Counted from the first letter of the stretch, positions 1 to 14,058 are shown. The stretch: 55,166 nucleotides of DNA from Enoplolaimus lenunculus (GCA_030248215.1 JASANG010001329.1:558001-613166); one strand, 5' to 3'. The notes: generated by a model from the sequence alone, not told the origin. Made by a program: numbers and translations.

Positions 1-3000
1 CGGAGGTCGACTGCAAAATATGTGCCGCCCCGCCACCAGGAATTGTTTTTGTAGAGGGAGCATAAATATTTTACAACCGTGGGCAAGGAAAAAATTTTCG
101 TAACGCAAAATTTTTTAATGCTCTTGAAAAAATTTAAAACCAGGGGCGAAAATTTCTGTTGGGGCAACCGGGTAACTTCCATGAACCCCACATAGCTACG
201 GATTTAAAATTATGAAACAAACCGAGACAGAAATAGTCAAACAAAAAGAGTTAAAATTAAATTTTATTTAGCGAAAGATTAACCAACAACAAAAAAAACG
301 AAAGTCTGATTCGAAATATCGAAACATATCTGTTTTTTCAAATGATTAATTTCGTCACTAAAGATACAAGGAATTCTTCTTTGTATATGTTGTTGTGCCT
401 TAAAATGGTATAAAAATTTGTTCAAAATTTAGATTTTGGCAGAAGGAAAACTGCAAGACTCAATACGGCTGGAGAAAGGGAAGTTTTGGGAAGAAAAATG
501 ACCCACGTATCAGCCTATTGAACCACAAGTTGACGAGCATTATATATAAAATCGTTTTAAATATTTTCTCAATGACTTAAATATTTGTGTATATTTCTAT
601 ACAAAATTGCACTATATACACTGTATAAATGGTTTACAATGGTGTATTGAAAAAGGCCAGGCAAACGTGCCGCATCAACCGCTTCAAATTCATTTTGACA
701 CGTAGAGGTGGTACATTTTTGAATAATCGTTAATGATTTGCCAACTTTATATTCAAATGTAAAACATTTTAGTCGCTTTTTAGGGCACCAACCCTCCAAT
801 CAAAATTGTTGGGTTCACCATTGCATACTTTATACATGCATTGTATGCATAGACGGGCAACTTGAACTACTTGAACTATTGCGACGGCATCGGAGAACGT
901 TTGAAAAACGGCAAATATTTCATATGTCATTCTCGACAGCAACAAAAATTCAGTCTGACATCGTAAAATTCGCATCAATCATGGTGTGGAATAAAAGAAA
1001 TTGGACACACGTCGACAGGGCGTTGAATGATGTCCTATAAATGAAAGTTTGAGTAGAAAAACATTCAGAGTCGATCTAAAATTGCAACGTTTTGTTGCAA
1101 TTTATTAATGTGCCGGATATTGCAGTCTCAGGTGGAGTTAACCATAAAAATTAAAGTTATCGAATTTATATTCAACAATGATGGTATCTCGTTGCTTTTT
1201 CACAAATAAGTTTATGCAATTCAATTATTTTTTTTCTGCTCAAGAAAAAGCAGATGGCCTAGTGTAATGACAATAAAACTGTATATGCTTAGTGCCGATT
1301 TTACGGTGATCCCAGAAAAAAGGTTGGGTGCAATATAGACACCATTTTTTGGCTGTAAGGTATCAAACTCATATTTCGTAAATAGTAATACCTATGATTT
1401 TTTTGAATGATCCTGGAAAATATTAAGTTAAAGTTACTTTGTAATTTCTATTAGTTTTTCGTAAATTAATTTATTCGAGCTTTAATAATTGAACTGGTGT
1501 AAGTTTTTAATCATGATGAGCAGCGAGTTCTAGCGGTAATCTCATCCTAACGTTAAACCTAAAATAGCTCAGGCTGATAACAGTTCAACATCATAGGAAA
1601 GGCCAAAGAATTTTTAGGACGATCACGTGGCGTAGAGATTTGATATTGTGGTGAAAATTGGTACAATTTTACTTAAAGATGGCTGAGCCCACTTGGATTG
1701 TCCCTGCCTTCGAGTCAAAATAGCTACTGGGTGTAATGAACATATCCAAATATAATATCGCTATATATGTGCGAGAAAAGCCGAGAAATATATATCTGAC
1801 GATACCTGAAACTGCATGTTTCAGCTATTGAAGCCAAATAGGTTAACATGGTACGATTGTTGTTTCAGAATCACTCACAAATATTCATAGATACCCGCAG
1901 ACGCGCAGCAAAAGCGGGCATGCTTCAGCTTTACAAAACCTAATATCGCGTTTGGTTTCCCGCTCGCTTCATTCGCTAAACGTCTACCACCATTACAGAC
2001 TGTGCTTCCTCAGCAGTTAGACCCCCTCTTAGTTGGACTTGCTGATGCACTCTCTGTGTGCTCCCAATAGAGATGTCGTATTAACTAGCTTACTTGAAAA
2101 TTTGACTCTCAACTTGAAATCGCAACGATGTTTCCTATAAGCATAAGAAAATACAGAAAATTCAGTGGTCGTTGCAGCACGGATCCACTTTTCATTCAAC
2201 TTGTTGAAAACTAAATGAGCGTGCTCACCATATCTCTCCTCCTTTATTTTGAAAAAAAACCACCGTGCGATCTTAAGATTTAAGTTTCAGTCTTCCGAAG
2301 TACTTGAAACTTCCCATTGAAAAAAGGAAGTATAATATTGCTCAATAGAAACTAAGATATCATTGAAACACCTCAAGTGGTCCAAACACAAATTTCAACC
2401 GCGTGCGACAAAACTAAATACACGACACTACTTGAGATTGAATATACACACAGCGATCGTTTTAAAAACCTTACATGTAAATCGTGTTCACCTATACTTA
2501 AATTTTAAATGTAGCATTTTTAGTCTCTTTGAACTATCTCAAACAGATTTTGTACGAAAGAAATTTGTTTTGAGGTCAAAATTACAATTGTTCTAAGCGT
2601 TGTAGCCATGATTTCAATTTCGAGAGCGTACAAACCTCGTCAAAAAGTATTTGTTGCAAGTGAGCGTAGCAAATCGAGAAAACTATTTGATGCGTGCAGG
2701 TTATATATTCTACTGCATGTAAACATCTTTTTTCGAGCCTCCACAAATTTCATAAAGAAGATATTTTCCAGCCGAATTTGTATAAGCAATAATTCTAAAC
2801 TATTATGGCGTGTGACCGAAGCAGCAACAACAACAACGGCAACATTTGTTGTATATTTTTGTTAAAAATAACACCAATAAAATGCATTCAAAGATTATTC
2901 GTGTTTTAGACAAGATTGCAATAAACGATAAAGTGCGCATGTGTTTTCTGTTATATTAACACTGTAATACGATACGTGACCGTTTTTTGACACTTAAAAT

Positions 3001-3850
3001 AATCTAATCGCAACTTGTTAATCGAAATAAAGTAATAGTGATTGCAGTTTTAACGCAATAGCATTTTTTTAAACTGACAGCAATTCTGAATTTCGTAGGT
3101 CATCTCGCCCCAAAGATTTCTATCATAAACAATCTATTCCAACTCAAAATTTCCCTCATGGATAATGTCTCTCCATCAAAATTTTGCACATTGAATTTAT
3201 ACGGTAATCCTCCCAAAAAATATCTGCCACTGACAATCTGCCTTCCTGAGGAGTTCGGTCTTTAGTTCGGTCACAAAATGCTACAAAACATAATTTAATC
3301 CCAACAAAACATTGATGGAAAAATTATGTTACCATCAGATATCAACCAAAAGCTTATTAAATCCAATGAGTTTTTGCTAAAATCGCGTGAATATCTCGCG
3401 TGACAGGAACAAAATATAGAGATGAATAATTTAAAATAGACGCAAAAAATATCTTGAATTTCATGCAAAAATTGCACGAAACTATTATGAAAACAAGCGA
3501 TGAGTTAAAGAGGTTTCATGAATAAATTTAACAAAAAATCGGAATCGCACTAAAATATGAAATAGCAAACGAACGTATTATATAATCAATAACTACTCTT
3601 AATTGTAAACCAGGAACTGTGAGAAAAAGCAACAGTTAGTTTCCCTAAGACAATATAAGTATATCTGCATTTTTCCTAGTTCTCGGATTATGCCATACAT
3701 TTAGCTAAATTAGAGAATTTTCAACTAAAACAGACTTTCGTGCTTTATATAAGCTGATTCATTCGTTTTTACTTTGGCCCATGTGTAATATAGGAACACG
3801 CCCGCTAAGAGACGAGTGACGGATGGGTTTTGAGACTACTAACTTCAGAA

Positions 3851-3917
3851 TTCGGCTTAGGCTCAGGATTACGCTTAGGATTAGGGTTAGGCTTAGATTT
3901 AGGTCAAGGGTTTAGGC
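3851..3917. repeat. Degenerate (TTAGGC/TTAGGG)-like hexamer tract
   Basis: ggcttaggctcaggattacgcttaggattagggttaggcttag. Similar tracts occur near 11570-11630, 13200-13226, 30030-30085 (reverse) and 34578-34600 (reverse). Confidence 0.75.
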
Positions 3918-4203
3918 AGTTCCCTACAGTTTACATACACCAATATATCAAATACTTTTTCATTTCCTAACCTGCTATATCTGATCGCAGCATCTGCGAA
4001 AGGTGTTTACTAGTGGGATAAGAATGTTAAGTTTAGAAACTAAACCAGCGGCTCAGAAGAGGACACAAAAACAATTATATCCCGTCTGAACATTCCTGAG
4101 AGAAAAAAGCCTCTTTAACGGGCAATAAAATAACTGCTGGATACTACAGGTTAAAAAAATTGCAGCCCAATACGGTTGTTCGCAGAAACTATTACATGAG
4201 GTT

Positions 4204-4358
4204 CGGGCCCGTAGCCAAGGAGAAGCCAGGAGGGCTCAGCCTACACTGGCCCCCTAGAAAATTTTCAACCTCGCTTATAGATCAACGAAAACTCTTGTGT
4301 ATACACCACCTGAAAAAATTTTCGCCCCCCCCCAGCAAGGTAAGCTGGTTACGGCCTG
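4204..4358. mobile_element. Short hAT-like MITE
   Basis: TIR cgggcccgtagcca / tggttacggcctg; TSD atgaggtt/atcaggtt (7 of 8). Confidence 0.75.
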
Positions 4359-4837
4359 ATCAGGTTTATATACGGTACAAAAATGAAATCCCGGCGACGC
4401 CCCTGCAGCTGTTACAAGATAAATACAATTAAAAATTTTGCATCAGACACATCAAAGTTTCACACCACGAATACGTTAAAGCTTATTAAGTGAATGAATT
4501 CCTTACGTTGCAGAGGACAATTTCGCCAATTTAGAGCAATGTTCACGTTATTATTTCACAACAGAAATATATGGCACACGTGAAACGTATAGTTTTTATG
4601 TCTCAATTTGAAACGATAAAAATGAATTGCAAAATGTAAAGAATGAATTATTTTTACAGCGAACAGTTTACTCTCGTTTTGTAAACGTTGCGTCAAATCA
4701 AGAGCTTCGAATTTGAAAATAGATAAATTGCAATTGATCTAATTACCAAAAAACCAATTAATCTAATTACTGTAACATACTCAATAAAGATGTATCACGA
4801 GCGCTATTCAGGACGCAGCACCGTTCGGATGTATATA

Positions 4838-5095
4838 AATTCAATTCAATTTAATTCAATTTATTAACATGGAATTATAATAAAGATTATAAAACAAGTT
4901 AATAAGGAATCGATTAGAAAGGAAATAAGGCCGCTTACATCTAATTAAGGTCTTGGGCGTAGTGTAATTTATGAGTGAAGTCAACATTTTCAAAAAGATT
5001 TGCAAAAATATTTGCGTTCGCAACATTCATTAGTTCAACACCTCTAACATACAATACAGGAAAGTCATTCCAAGTATCAATAACCCGATTGCAAT
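4838..5095 (-). mobile_element. 3' end of a CR1/L2-clade LINE
   Basis: Minus-strand translation CNRVIDTWNDFP resembles the ORF2 C-terminal NRV-x-x-x-WN-x-LP motif. It ends in AATAAA followed by an (ATTGA)n-like tail. Confidence 0.62.
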
Positions 5096-5131
5096 CTTTG
5101 TATTTACGGTTTCTTATCGGTCGGTAAAAAA

Positions 5132-5342
5132 CCCCTTCTCACATATCGCACCGGTTTAACAATTGCAACACGTATACATAGTACTAAATCACTACAAGAC
5201 GTGAGAACCCGCTCGGGCTTGAGCATCAAACTCCTATAGCTGAGTGGTGATGGTATACGCCTCCCACTCTAGTCACTGGAGTTCAAATCCTAGCATAAAA
5301 GTGGGTCTCAGGGGAAATAGAAAATATTCATGTGAGAAAGAG
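5132..5342 (+). mobile_element. Same TTAA/tRNA-like family, internally deleted copy
   Basis: ccccttctcacat...atgtgagaaagag-ttaa; contains tagctgagtgg and gagttcaaatcc. Confidence 0.8.
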
Positions 5343-8300
5343 TTAAGCGAAAAATTTTCAGTTTAGTATCTTTAAGCGAAAATTTTCAGTTTACTATCTA
5401 TATGCACGTTGATCTCATATCTACAACGAACAACGACTACTGGCTTTAAAATTGTGACACTCGCCAGTCGCACTAAATTAAATAGCATTATTTTGTTTAA
5501 AAGCATTCAACCGCAAATACGTGTCAGAGCCCATCTCAGCACCGCAAAGTTGCTCGACTAGCGAATTTTAAAGCAACAGTTGAGTTCGATCACGAAAAAC
5601 GTTCACTTAATACAAAATAGTTTTAAAACCAAAATGAAAACCTAAACATTTAAATTTTTCTCCAGTATTTTCACTATTAACCAGCTGTTGTTAGTAAACT
5701 TTACGCAACAATACTGTTAGTTTAAGGTGAGTTGTGTTTGATGGACAAAATTCGCAAACCCCATACGTCTCTGTATACTCGAATGCAGGAGCAGACAACG
5801 GTGGGGTCCCCGAAAAATTCCGAGGTGGTGCCCCCAAGCGGTGATTAAAATGTTTTTCAAATTTTTTGTTTAATATCTCGTTACGGTGTGGGCCTTGCTT
5901 TTGGGTGCCCCCTCGGAATTCGGAGGTATGGGGGTGTCTGTTCCAACCATGCTATAACCAAACCAAAATCCACAACAAAGATAAAAGTAAACCATGCCAG
6001 CGAAGCTAACGGCAAACCAGACACAAATTTTACTTCAAAGTGACAATGCAAAATTATGCAAATGTTTGATTCATATGAAGCCAGAACGGATATATAATTG
6101 TGAGTATATATTGAGAATAACAATGAACGTAAATTGTGGTGACGAAACGTTGGTGTATCGCTAACAGAGTAAAGATGATACAACAGAACCTCACAGACTT
6201 TTAGTTGCACCTCTTGAGCAGTTTCAAACATGGAACGATTTTTGGGTTGAACGAAAGTTTAAATTTTGCATTTAATACGACGAGCTCAAAACTTCGTTTA
6301 AAAGTGTTTTACTTCAACAGAAAGAAACGATAGTATTTTATTTTGACGACAAACCTTTGTCGAACCTGTTTGGCACTAAAATAGAAAAATTAATAGTTTT
6401 TGTGGATCGCTGTGACATGCTGCGATTGTGTATTTAATAAAACATGTGAAAACGTTTAAGCTTCTGTTAGCTTTACCCAATATATAGTAGAACCAGGATT
6501 TTTTAGCGGGCGGATACTTTTTGTGTCTCGAAATTTTACAATTTTCAAGTGTGTTTTTAGCGAATGTTTCCACGTGTTAAAGTGGACCAACTGCATGGGA
6601 ACGCACAAAAGTTTACAGTATGTGTTGCAACTTAGCGATATTTTTAACCTATTTGGCTTGAAAACCCATTGTAAGCCTCTGATGATCAATTTTCGTCGCA
6701 AACTTTTCACCACGACATGGTCGGTGTGGGGTGTATCCCCGCCTTGCCCTCTTGGATCCGCCACTGCTAATACCAATTCTTGGTTTAAAAGTGGTAGCAA
6801 TTGTAAAAAATTACGTTGCCCCAAAGTATGCGTGATATACATTGAAAGCTTTGGTTTCATTCATTTCCTTTCATACCAGGGTCGCACACAAGTCAACTTG
6901 TGTTTACCCCCCTCCACTTCGCAACCTATCGTTGTTAATCGATAGTATTAAAACAGCCACCACCGGCGCTTACTCCAATTAAAAATTTACAACTGGACAA
7001 TGAAGAATGTATATTAATATGAACGCATGCATATAGTGTCGTCAAAACTTTGTCTAATAGACTGCAGTTTGCATTGCATGCAACAAATCTTAAAACAATA
7101 TTTAAACGTACAATAATTTGCACTAAAGTATGAGATGTGCGCGCAGTGCATGCATATTTAAGTTTTAATACGCCATGCAACATCACTGAGAAATATACAC
7201 TGACATTGCAATATATATAAATAATACACCAGGCTGTTCAATAGGATTTGCTGCGATTTGGATTAGAAAAATCTGATACTTAAAACGAATCAGAAAAATT
7301 GGAAGAGAGAATTTCGACCGAAATACAACTTTCAAGCATGAAAGTATTAAAATTTGGTTTTGTAGCATTGGGAAACAACCGTGATTTTGTTCATAAAACA
7401 TTGAACTGGTTTTGCAGGATAGATTGTTCATAAGAGGGGACGTTTAATAATTTATAAAAATAAACCAGACAAAGGGTTTGGTATATCATTCAAATCATAG
7501 TAAGCAGAAGACTTCAAATTTGTTGCGCTATGAGGATTTGTAATTTGATTTATGCTTGAAATTATTCCGAGGTTGAGCTCAAAACTAAAGCGGTATAAAG
7601 ACATGCCCGTAGCTGCCTCACCTTGCTAGGGGAAGCTAAAAATCTTTCACGAGGGGCATGCAACGGTTTTCAATGAGTTACAAGCAAGGTTGAAAATTTT
7701 TTAGAGGACCAAAATTTTTCCAGGAGGCTTGCTTCCGCCTCACAGTTCGATCACTGTTTGCAAGGAATGCAAGCAGCGAAAAGACAGATGTATCAGTGAG
7801 AGCAACTAATTTTTTGTTTTTCTCTATACGTTTTGTCACTGTTACGCAAGTAATTTACTGAACTTACTAAAAATAGCAAAAATTAACCCTTCTCAAAACC
7901 GAAAACCCCCAACCAGATATAAAAAACACCAACGTGTAACTGGCTCGTATAGTGGCTACGCATATTTGAGAATATATATTGGCCAATTGGCGAAAGACGG
8001 AAAAGTTGCGAAAATTGTAGCATGTTTGTTGCGTATATAAACCATTTAAAAGTACAAATACTCGAGCTCAACGTTTTCCAGCACGAACGATTTACACAGC
8101 CCATTGATATTGTTCAAATAAATTGTTTTCCTAGAGTATTTTCATTGTTAGGAATGCAGTCGCTTAGACGTTTATCAAACAATTCATGTGCACACCCCAT
8201 ATACGTCGTTAAGTTGTTTAACATTACTGATGCGTAAAAAGTGCAACTTCTATCACTTATCACATGATACAGTATCATGAATTTCAATCAAAAACACTGT

Positions 8301-9337
8301 TCTTGTGTCCAGCGTCATGAATCTTGAATGAATACGAGCATTGTTTATCGTTTGAAAATTTGTAAAAATGATAGAGAATGCGAGCGAAATTTTTTAAATT
8401 CAATTGAAATAAATTAATTTTTGAACGTTTAGACCAAGGGTCCAACACGATTGTTTAGTGTTTAAAAAGTTTAAGTATTTGCCATAACTTACTTTTGTAG
8501 TGGAGCACATAAAGAGATTAAGTTTTCAGCTGGATAAGGTATCGTTTAACAAGGCATTCAACATCCTCAATCCCCTTTTTAAGCCATATGTTGAGTTTGC
8601 AATTGCAAATGTTTGAGACTAGCAGATTTTAACTTGTAAAATTTTAGCACAATATCATTTTAAAGTCCTGCTAAAATTGCATGCTTTATTCGCCGAAGTT
8701 GAGGTAAAACAGTTTCTGCGGCTTGCTGTCAAGGTATGCAATCAAGAAGTTTGGCATGGATATTGTAGGCTGATAGGCCTTGTCAGACCTTTGTTTACGA
8801 AACAGCTGGTCAGTTTACTTTTCTTCTATGGTTCAACCGTTCCAGTTCCTTACTAATAAATTTCATTGTGATGTACACCAAGGTCGTGCGATTATGTATT
8901 ATTGATATTAAAATACACTGGAAAATTTAACAAATTTTTCTTGACCAGAGAAATAATGGTCAGTAAAGGTGAGTCGTGCGTAAAGAAATAATCTTCCGTG
9001 AATAACGGGGGTCAGGTAAAGAGAACTTTACCTACTTACTCCATTGCAACGCCAGCATCTTGTTAATGATCTAAGAAAAAAGACAAACAATGCCAAATAC
9101 TGCTATTAAAAAGCAAGAAACAATAACCTTAACGTCTTCGCAACTTGGATCTGAACAAAAGCCTGACATCGCCCCTGGTCGATCGTGGAATGAAAATGTA
9201 TACTAGAAGAATTGCAAGAACAGTCTTTGCTCCATCAGTTTAATTTTCGGGATTTTTTATTATGTATTCTTTTCACTAACCGGAATTTTCTTTTCATGTG
9301 ACACCTAAAACATCGTGTTTTAGTAAACTATGAGGCG

Positions 9338-10047
9338 TGGCAGCCTAGGTTGGAAGTGGGACATCAGACCTTTTTACTAAGCAGCTGGAAAAGCGGGTTT
9401 CCGGACATGGGATCGAACTCTCAGCCTACGGATCCGTAAGCGAACACTCTGCTGTATTCACCCGAATATGAGGGGGTAATAAAAGGGGGTCCCCATTTTG
9501 AGTCCGAATCAATAGGAGTCCGTATCCCTAATAATAGTCCGTAAATGGATAGAGTCCCTAAACCCTAATTAGAGTCCATAAATGTCAATTAACCCTTAAA
9601 TTGTAGCGCATAAATGACTCCAGGACCAAATAATTTGAGTTCGAAACTTTAAAGGGTACTTAAATTTAGAAAGCATATTCCTAAGTATAACCTTGCATGA
9701 TCGCTCAAGCTATTGACACAAGCCAAATAAACGTTTAATTCAACGGATAATTACAGTACCGGATATATATCAGTAACAAAGGGCGGCGGAGCGTGGGTTA
9801 AAAATATATAACAGTCCGTAACCGAATAACAAGGGGATACCCTCTGGAGAGTGGAGAGGCCAAATAAAAATCCGTCCCCCCTGTTATTCGGGACACTACA
9901 GTGCCACTGCGCCACGCAGCCCATCTCTCCAACGGCATTTTTCGTTGACTATATGTGTCGACCGTATGCTACCATCTAGTATACCTACAGTGCACTGCAC
10001 TATATTGCATGTGCAAATAATGGACAAGAATGTCTCATATGCTTACA
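9338..10047 (-). mobile_element. Solo LTR of the same TRIM-like family, interrupted by a MITE (9452-9901)
   Basis: TG...CA termini (TGGCAG...CTTACA) flanked by the 5-bp direct repeat AGGCG (9333-9337, 10048-10052). About 258 bp after removing the insert. Homologous to 45408-45660. Confidence 0.78.
9452..9901. mobile_element. MITE with CTGTA...TACAG termini and 2-bp TSD, copy 1
   Basis: Imperfect TIRs ctgtattcacccgaata / tattcgggacactacag, with TG on both flanks. Full-length homology to 25289-26152. Confidence 0.85.
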
Positions 10048-12514
10048 AGGCGAATACAATATAATGTCCCGCGTAGTACAAGCAATATGGATGAACAGTT
10101 TTTAAATGGTAAAAAAATTCCTAAACATATTGAGAGCAACCGCGTATCTGACAGTATTTTATTTTGCCACTTTCGTAGCGAAAACGTGGAAATAATTGAA
10201 AATTTTTTAAAGTCGCTTAGATTAGCGATTTTTGCAACACCTTACTACTTTACGAGATCAATAATTTTATTCACATAAATTTTGTGAGAAAATCTTGTTT
10301 CATCAAGTTTAAAACCTAACTGGTTGTATTGAGGTTGTCTAAAATTTTATAGATTAACTAAACCATATATAAACGCTATTTTAAGTGCAACAGTACAAGA
10401 AATATTCAGATTTGTAATTTTTTGGTTCACGAATTCTTGTGTTAAAGTAAACTCATTTTACATCATTACAACAATAACAACAGCTTTCTATAGGTTTTAT
10501 CGTAAAAAATATCTAACCATGAGAAAAATTCTTATGCCTATGGTGGAATAACAAAAATTCACCGCGAATGCATAATCTCATATTACGACACGTAGATAAT
10601 TTTTTTCGTTTCGTTAATAACAGGATTGAACATAATGCATGATGTGTATTGACATCAGGGATGTAGTCCGAATTTTATTTCGGCAGGGTGTAACCTAATG
10701 TAAAATTAATTTTTTGACTTACGATCCAACGGGTTATTCGCAACGCTTGTTGATTGTTGGGTTTATTTTATTTATCGCAGTTTGAAACCGCCGGCGATCT
10801 CTCGATCACCTTTTTATATACGTCCCAAAATTGACACTGAACACAAACCGTGTGGGAAAGTTCGCAAAGAAAGTCACGTTGAAGTAACTGTTTTTACCAA
10901 ATATATCCCTTTTGAATAACGTGTATCGTTGCCCGTATATTATCACATTATTGACCAATACTGTTTCAAAATTTAAATTTTGACAAAACTTTTTTGTGAA
11001 ATTTCATGAACAACAAATATTTTTTACGCACACATAAGTTTCGAAGTCGTACTGCAATGGGAAATTGCAGCGAAACGCTAGTAGGTTTTAAACAGGTGAC
11101 ATTGAAATACGACACATTTTTGGCAAATACTCGACCCATCATACTTGACTACAATTGGAGCTGAAGGTCTAAAATACAGGTGTCAGATGCGGGTACCGGC
11201 AATATATGTCGGTGTCGTGAAAATACGCTAAACTTGTACACTGAAAGTAGAGCTCAGATTTGAAGTATAGAAATAATCGAATGATTTCAATAATTTGTTT
11301 ATGAAATTGTTTTAGATAAATCTCATTAATAGAAAGTTGAAAGTCGCGTACAAAATAATTACGAACAAACTCGATTAACGAATCGTAAGAGCCGCTGCCA
11401 AAAATTACTCCGGGAACGAACAAAGTCGATTTCCTAACGGAGTCTGAGTCAGGGTTTTGGCAACACCCTAGTAGTATTACACTCAACGGTCCATGTAAAG
11501 ATCAGGGGTGAACGTTTTTCTGAGGGACTGTAATAGAGTAAGCTTGAGCTTTAGACAAATGTTTGCTTGCTTAGGCTTAGGCTTAGGTATGAACTCATTC
11601 TAACGCTTACGCTCAGGCTGAGGTTAGGAGTATGCTGGTACTACTGTTATACGGCGATGTTCTATAGATTGGGCCACTCTGACTTTACTAAGAAAATTTT
11701 ATGAAAACTAACGCACTATCACGGTTGAATTTTTCAATACATAGTACCTAAACTGACCACATCAAATAACGAATAAACTAGCCTTTCACAAAAATCAGCT
11801 ACATATTCAAGACGAAAACGTAATATTTCTGTCAGCGAAAGTTTTGTTGATGGCATTCTGGTTAATAGTAGACAATAAAGCGTCAGTTTCGCAGTTGAAA
11901 AAAAAACACACAGAACACAAAACATGTCTGCCCTTGAAGAATTAAAGAGTCAATTTTAATTTTCACTACACAACTCCGAAACGAATTAGTATCAACTTTA
12001 AGAAATATCCATTGGCGTACGACTATTTAAGTGTGAGAGTTTATGAAGGTTGAAGATATTTCAAATTGAACATTGTGTTTTGCTAAATAATGCGTAAAAA
12101 TAAAAATTTCACCCATCAACAGCCCAAAAATGTACTTTATCCGTTGATCCGAAGGGGCCACACTGGCCATGTTCCCACAAAAGGGATCGCAGAACCAAAA
12201 GTATTCAAGGTTTAGTACTAAAATTGCATTTGGTTTCTTGCTCGTCTCGCTTGATAGCGATTTTCACTTTATAAATGTCGCGCAGCCTTCCCGTGAAGAA
12301 TTTCTGAATTTGAAACTGCGTTTTTCGTAACAAGACGATCAAATGAACAAAATAGACAGTTTTAAATACATTCCTCGAGTAGTTGCAATTATTGTGCAAA
12401 ATAATTAAAGTTGTCCTATAATGTGTGCGCATAAAGCTTTCCTTGCGCATCAAAGTTTCGATCTGAAAACAGAAATTTTGCTACCGTCTGTTTCGTAACT
12501 CGAAGATAATTATT

Positions 12515-12538
12515 TCATCATCATCATCATCATCATCA
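12515..12538. repeat. (TCA)n microsatellite
   Basis: Run of about 8 TCA units. Confidence 0.9.
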
Positions 12539-13318
12539 GTACGAAAATATTATATTTGATTTGACAATACGGGTTTGAAATGCTATTTCAAAATTTAAAC
12601 ATGAACTGTTCGAATTAGAAGTTTCTCAGATGCCACCCACTGTTCAAAAATGTGTATAAAATTGATTAGAAAAGAAGGCAACGGAAAAGAAAAACTATTG
12701 TTGACTAGACAGAGGCAGGAATGACTGCAGTAATTATGCCAAATTGATGCTGATTGTCTGTAGAAGCGAACTCAGAAATTTGAATTAGTGGAGATGGCAC
12801 TGAAAGATTACTAACTCTAAAATTATATTGGGCATATACTTGTAATAGAGACATAACGCAAAATATTCATTTGGCTTTCACAAATGTTATAAAATGCTGT
12901 ATATATCAAATTGAGTCTAAGGACAAAATCTTGTTTTCGGCTTCGCTCCGGCAGAAAAAAACCCTCTGACTTCGGAACAGGAAGCATTTTTGCTGCAGGT
13001 TCCGGCGAGTTTGGTAGTTGTCAGTAAGGTGTGCTGCAATTATGGGATTATTCTGGTATAAGGTCTGGATAGGTACTTAAAGGATATGTAAAATGAATAC
13101 TTAAAATTAAACTAGTGACAAGCATCGGATATTTTTTGATATCATCCGGATATCCGGCAAATCTTGCCGGATATTTGAATAGACTCGTATTACTTTTTTT
13201 ACTTACGCTTAGGCTTTAGGCTTAGGAACACATTTTTGAAGCGGTTAGGCCTGCGAATACGCTTAATCTACTGTTACGCTCTTTAAAGTAACACTGGCCT
13301 CCGGATATATCCAGATAT

Positions 13319-13673
13319 AATGGTACAACCGGAGGTCTGTCCGGCTCCGGCAGAAAATCACCCTCCGGCTCCGGTAGAATTTTTGAAGGAGGTTCCGGCA
13401 ATTTCGGTAGTAAAATTTTCCATAATTTTGCAAAATTTATCTGTTTAGCGCGTATCGTTTTACTTTTGTCACAGTTTTCAGGAAAGAGTTTCCGAAATTT
13501 CGCCATGAAATTAGCGTAAAACCAAACATCTTAACAATATATTGCACATATTGGCTAAAATTAACTAGTTAACCATCATTTTTACTGCCTAATTTCGCCT
13601 CACCTCCGTTTCTGGCAAATTTTGTTGACCTCCGGCTCCGGCTCCGGCATTTTTCACCTCCATTTGCACCCTG
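13319..13673. mobile_element. hAT-like MITE, second copy of the 20401 family, inserted in an older ggatatcc-rich repeat
   Basis: Perfect 8-bp TSD ccagatat (13311-13318, 13674-13681); full-length similarity to 20401-20759. Confidence 0.88.
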
Positions 13674-14058
13674 CCAGATATCCGAAATTAAATTTTCTAT
13701 TTCGGATATCCTAAACACGATTTTGTGTTTTTGGGTTTCCGAACATTAACTTTCGTTTCTTAAGTGCTGGTTTTAACTGGTTACTTAAAGGAAATATCCT
13801 GACCTACACGGTGATTGTTTTGAGTGTAAAGCATACAATTCTTAAATCGCTAATTATTCTGCAACTGCCTCAATAGTTATGACCTGGGTATTTGGTTTAG
13901 AAGATGCAACAGATTCTATCGAAAGTCAGCCTTCCTTCAAACGATATATATATTTATATATATACGAGTCGTTTTACGTTCCAAGGAGAAAGAACCACGT
14001 TACTTAACTACATCATGCAAACATCAGCCCGTTTAAACTTTTAGTGATGCCCCGCTTC

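Noticed and set aside
569..1040. Overlapping short ORFs, possibly a MULE transposase (NN...EGW) or protease (FDWR) fragment
   Set aside because: Motifs are too short and fall in different frames; no consistent exon or domain.
3851..3917. Telomere or chromosome fusion site
   Set aside because: Short, degenerate and found at several dispersed sites in both orientations; more likely internal parts of repeats.
5232..5295. Functional tRNA-Gly gene or simple SINE
   Set aside because: No complete cloverleaf; the module sits internally in a TIR-bounded repeat with no tail.
13222..13506. 94-aa Pro/Glu-rich ORF, and similar ORFs at 20655, 25950 and 26316-26711
   Set aside because: They lie within MITEs and translate subterminal repeats such as ccggctccgg and gagacc.
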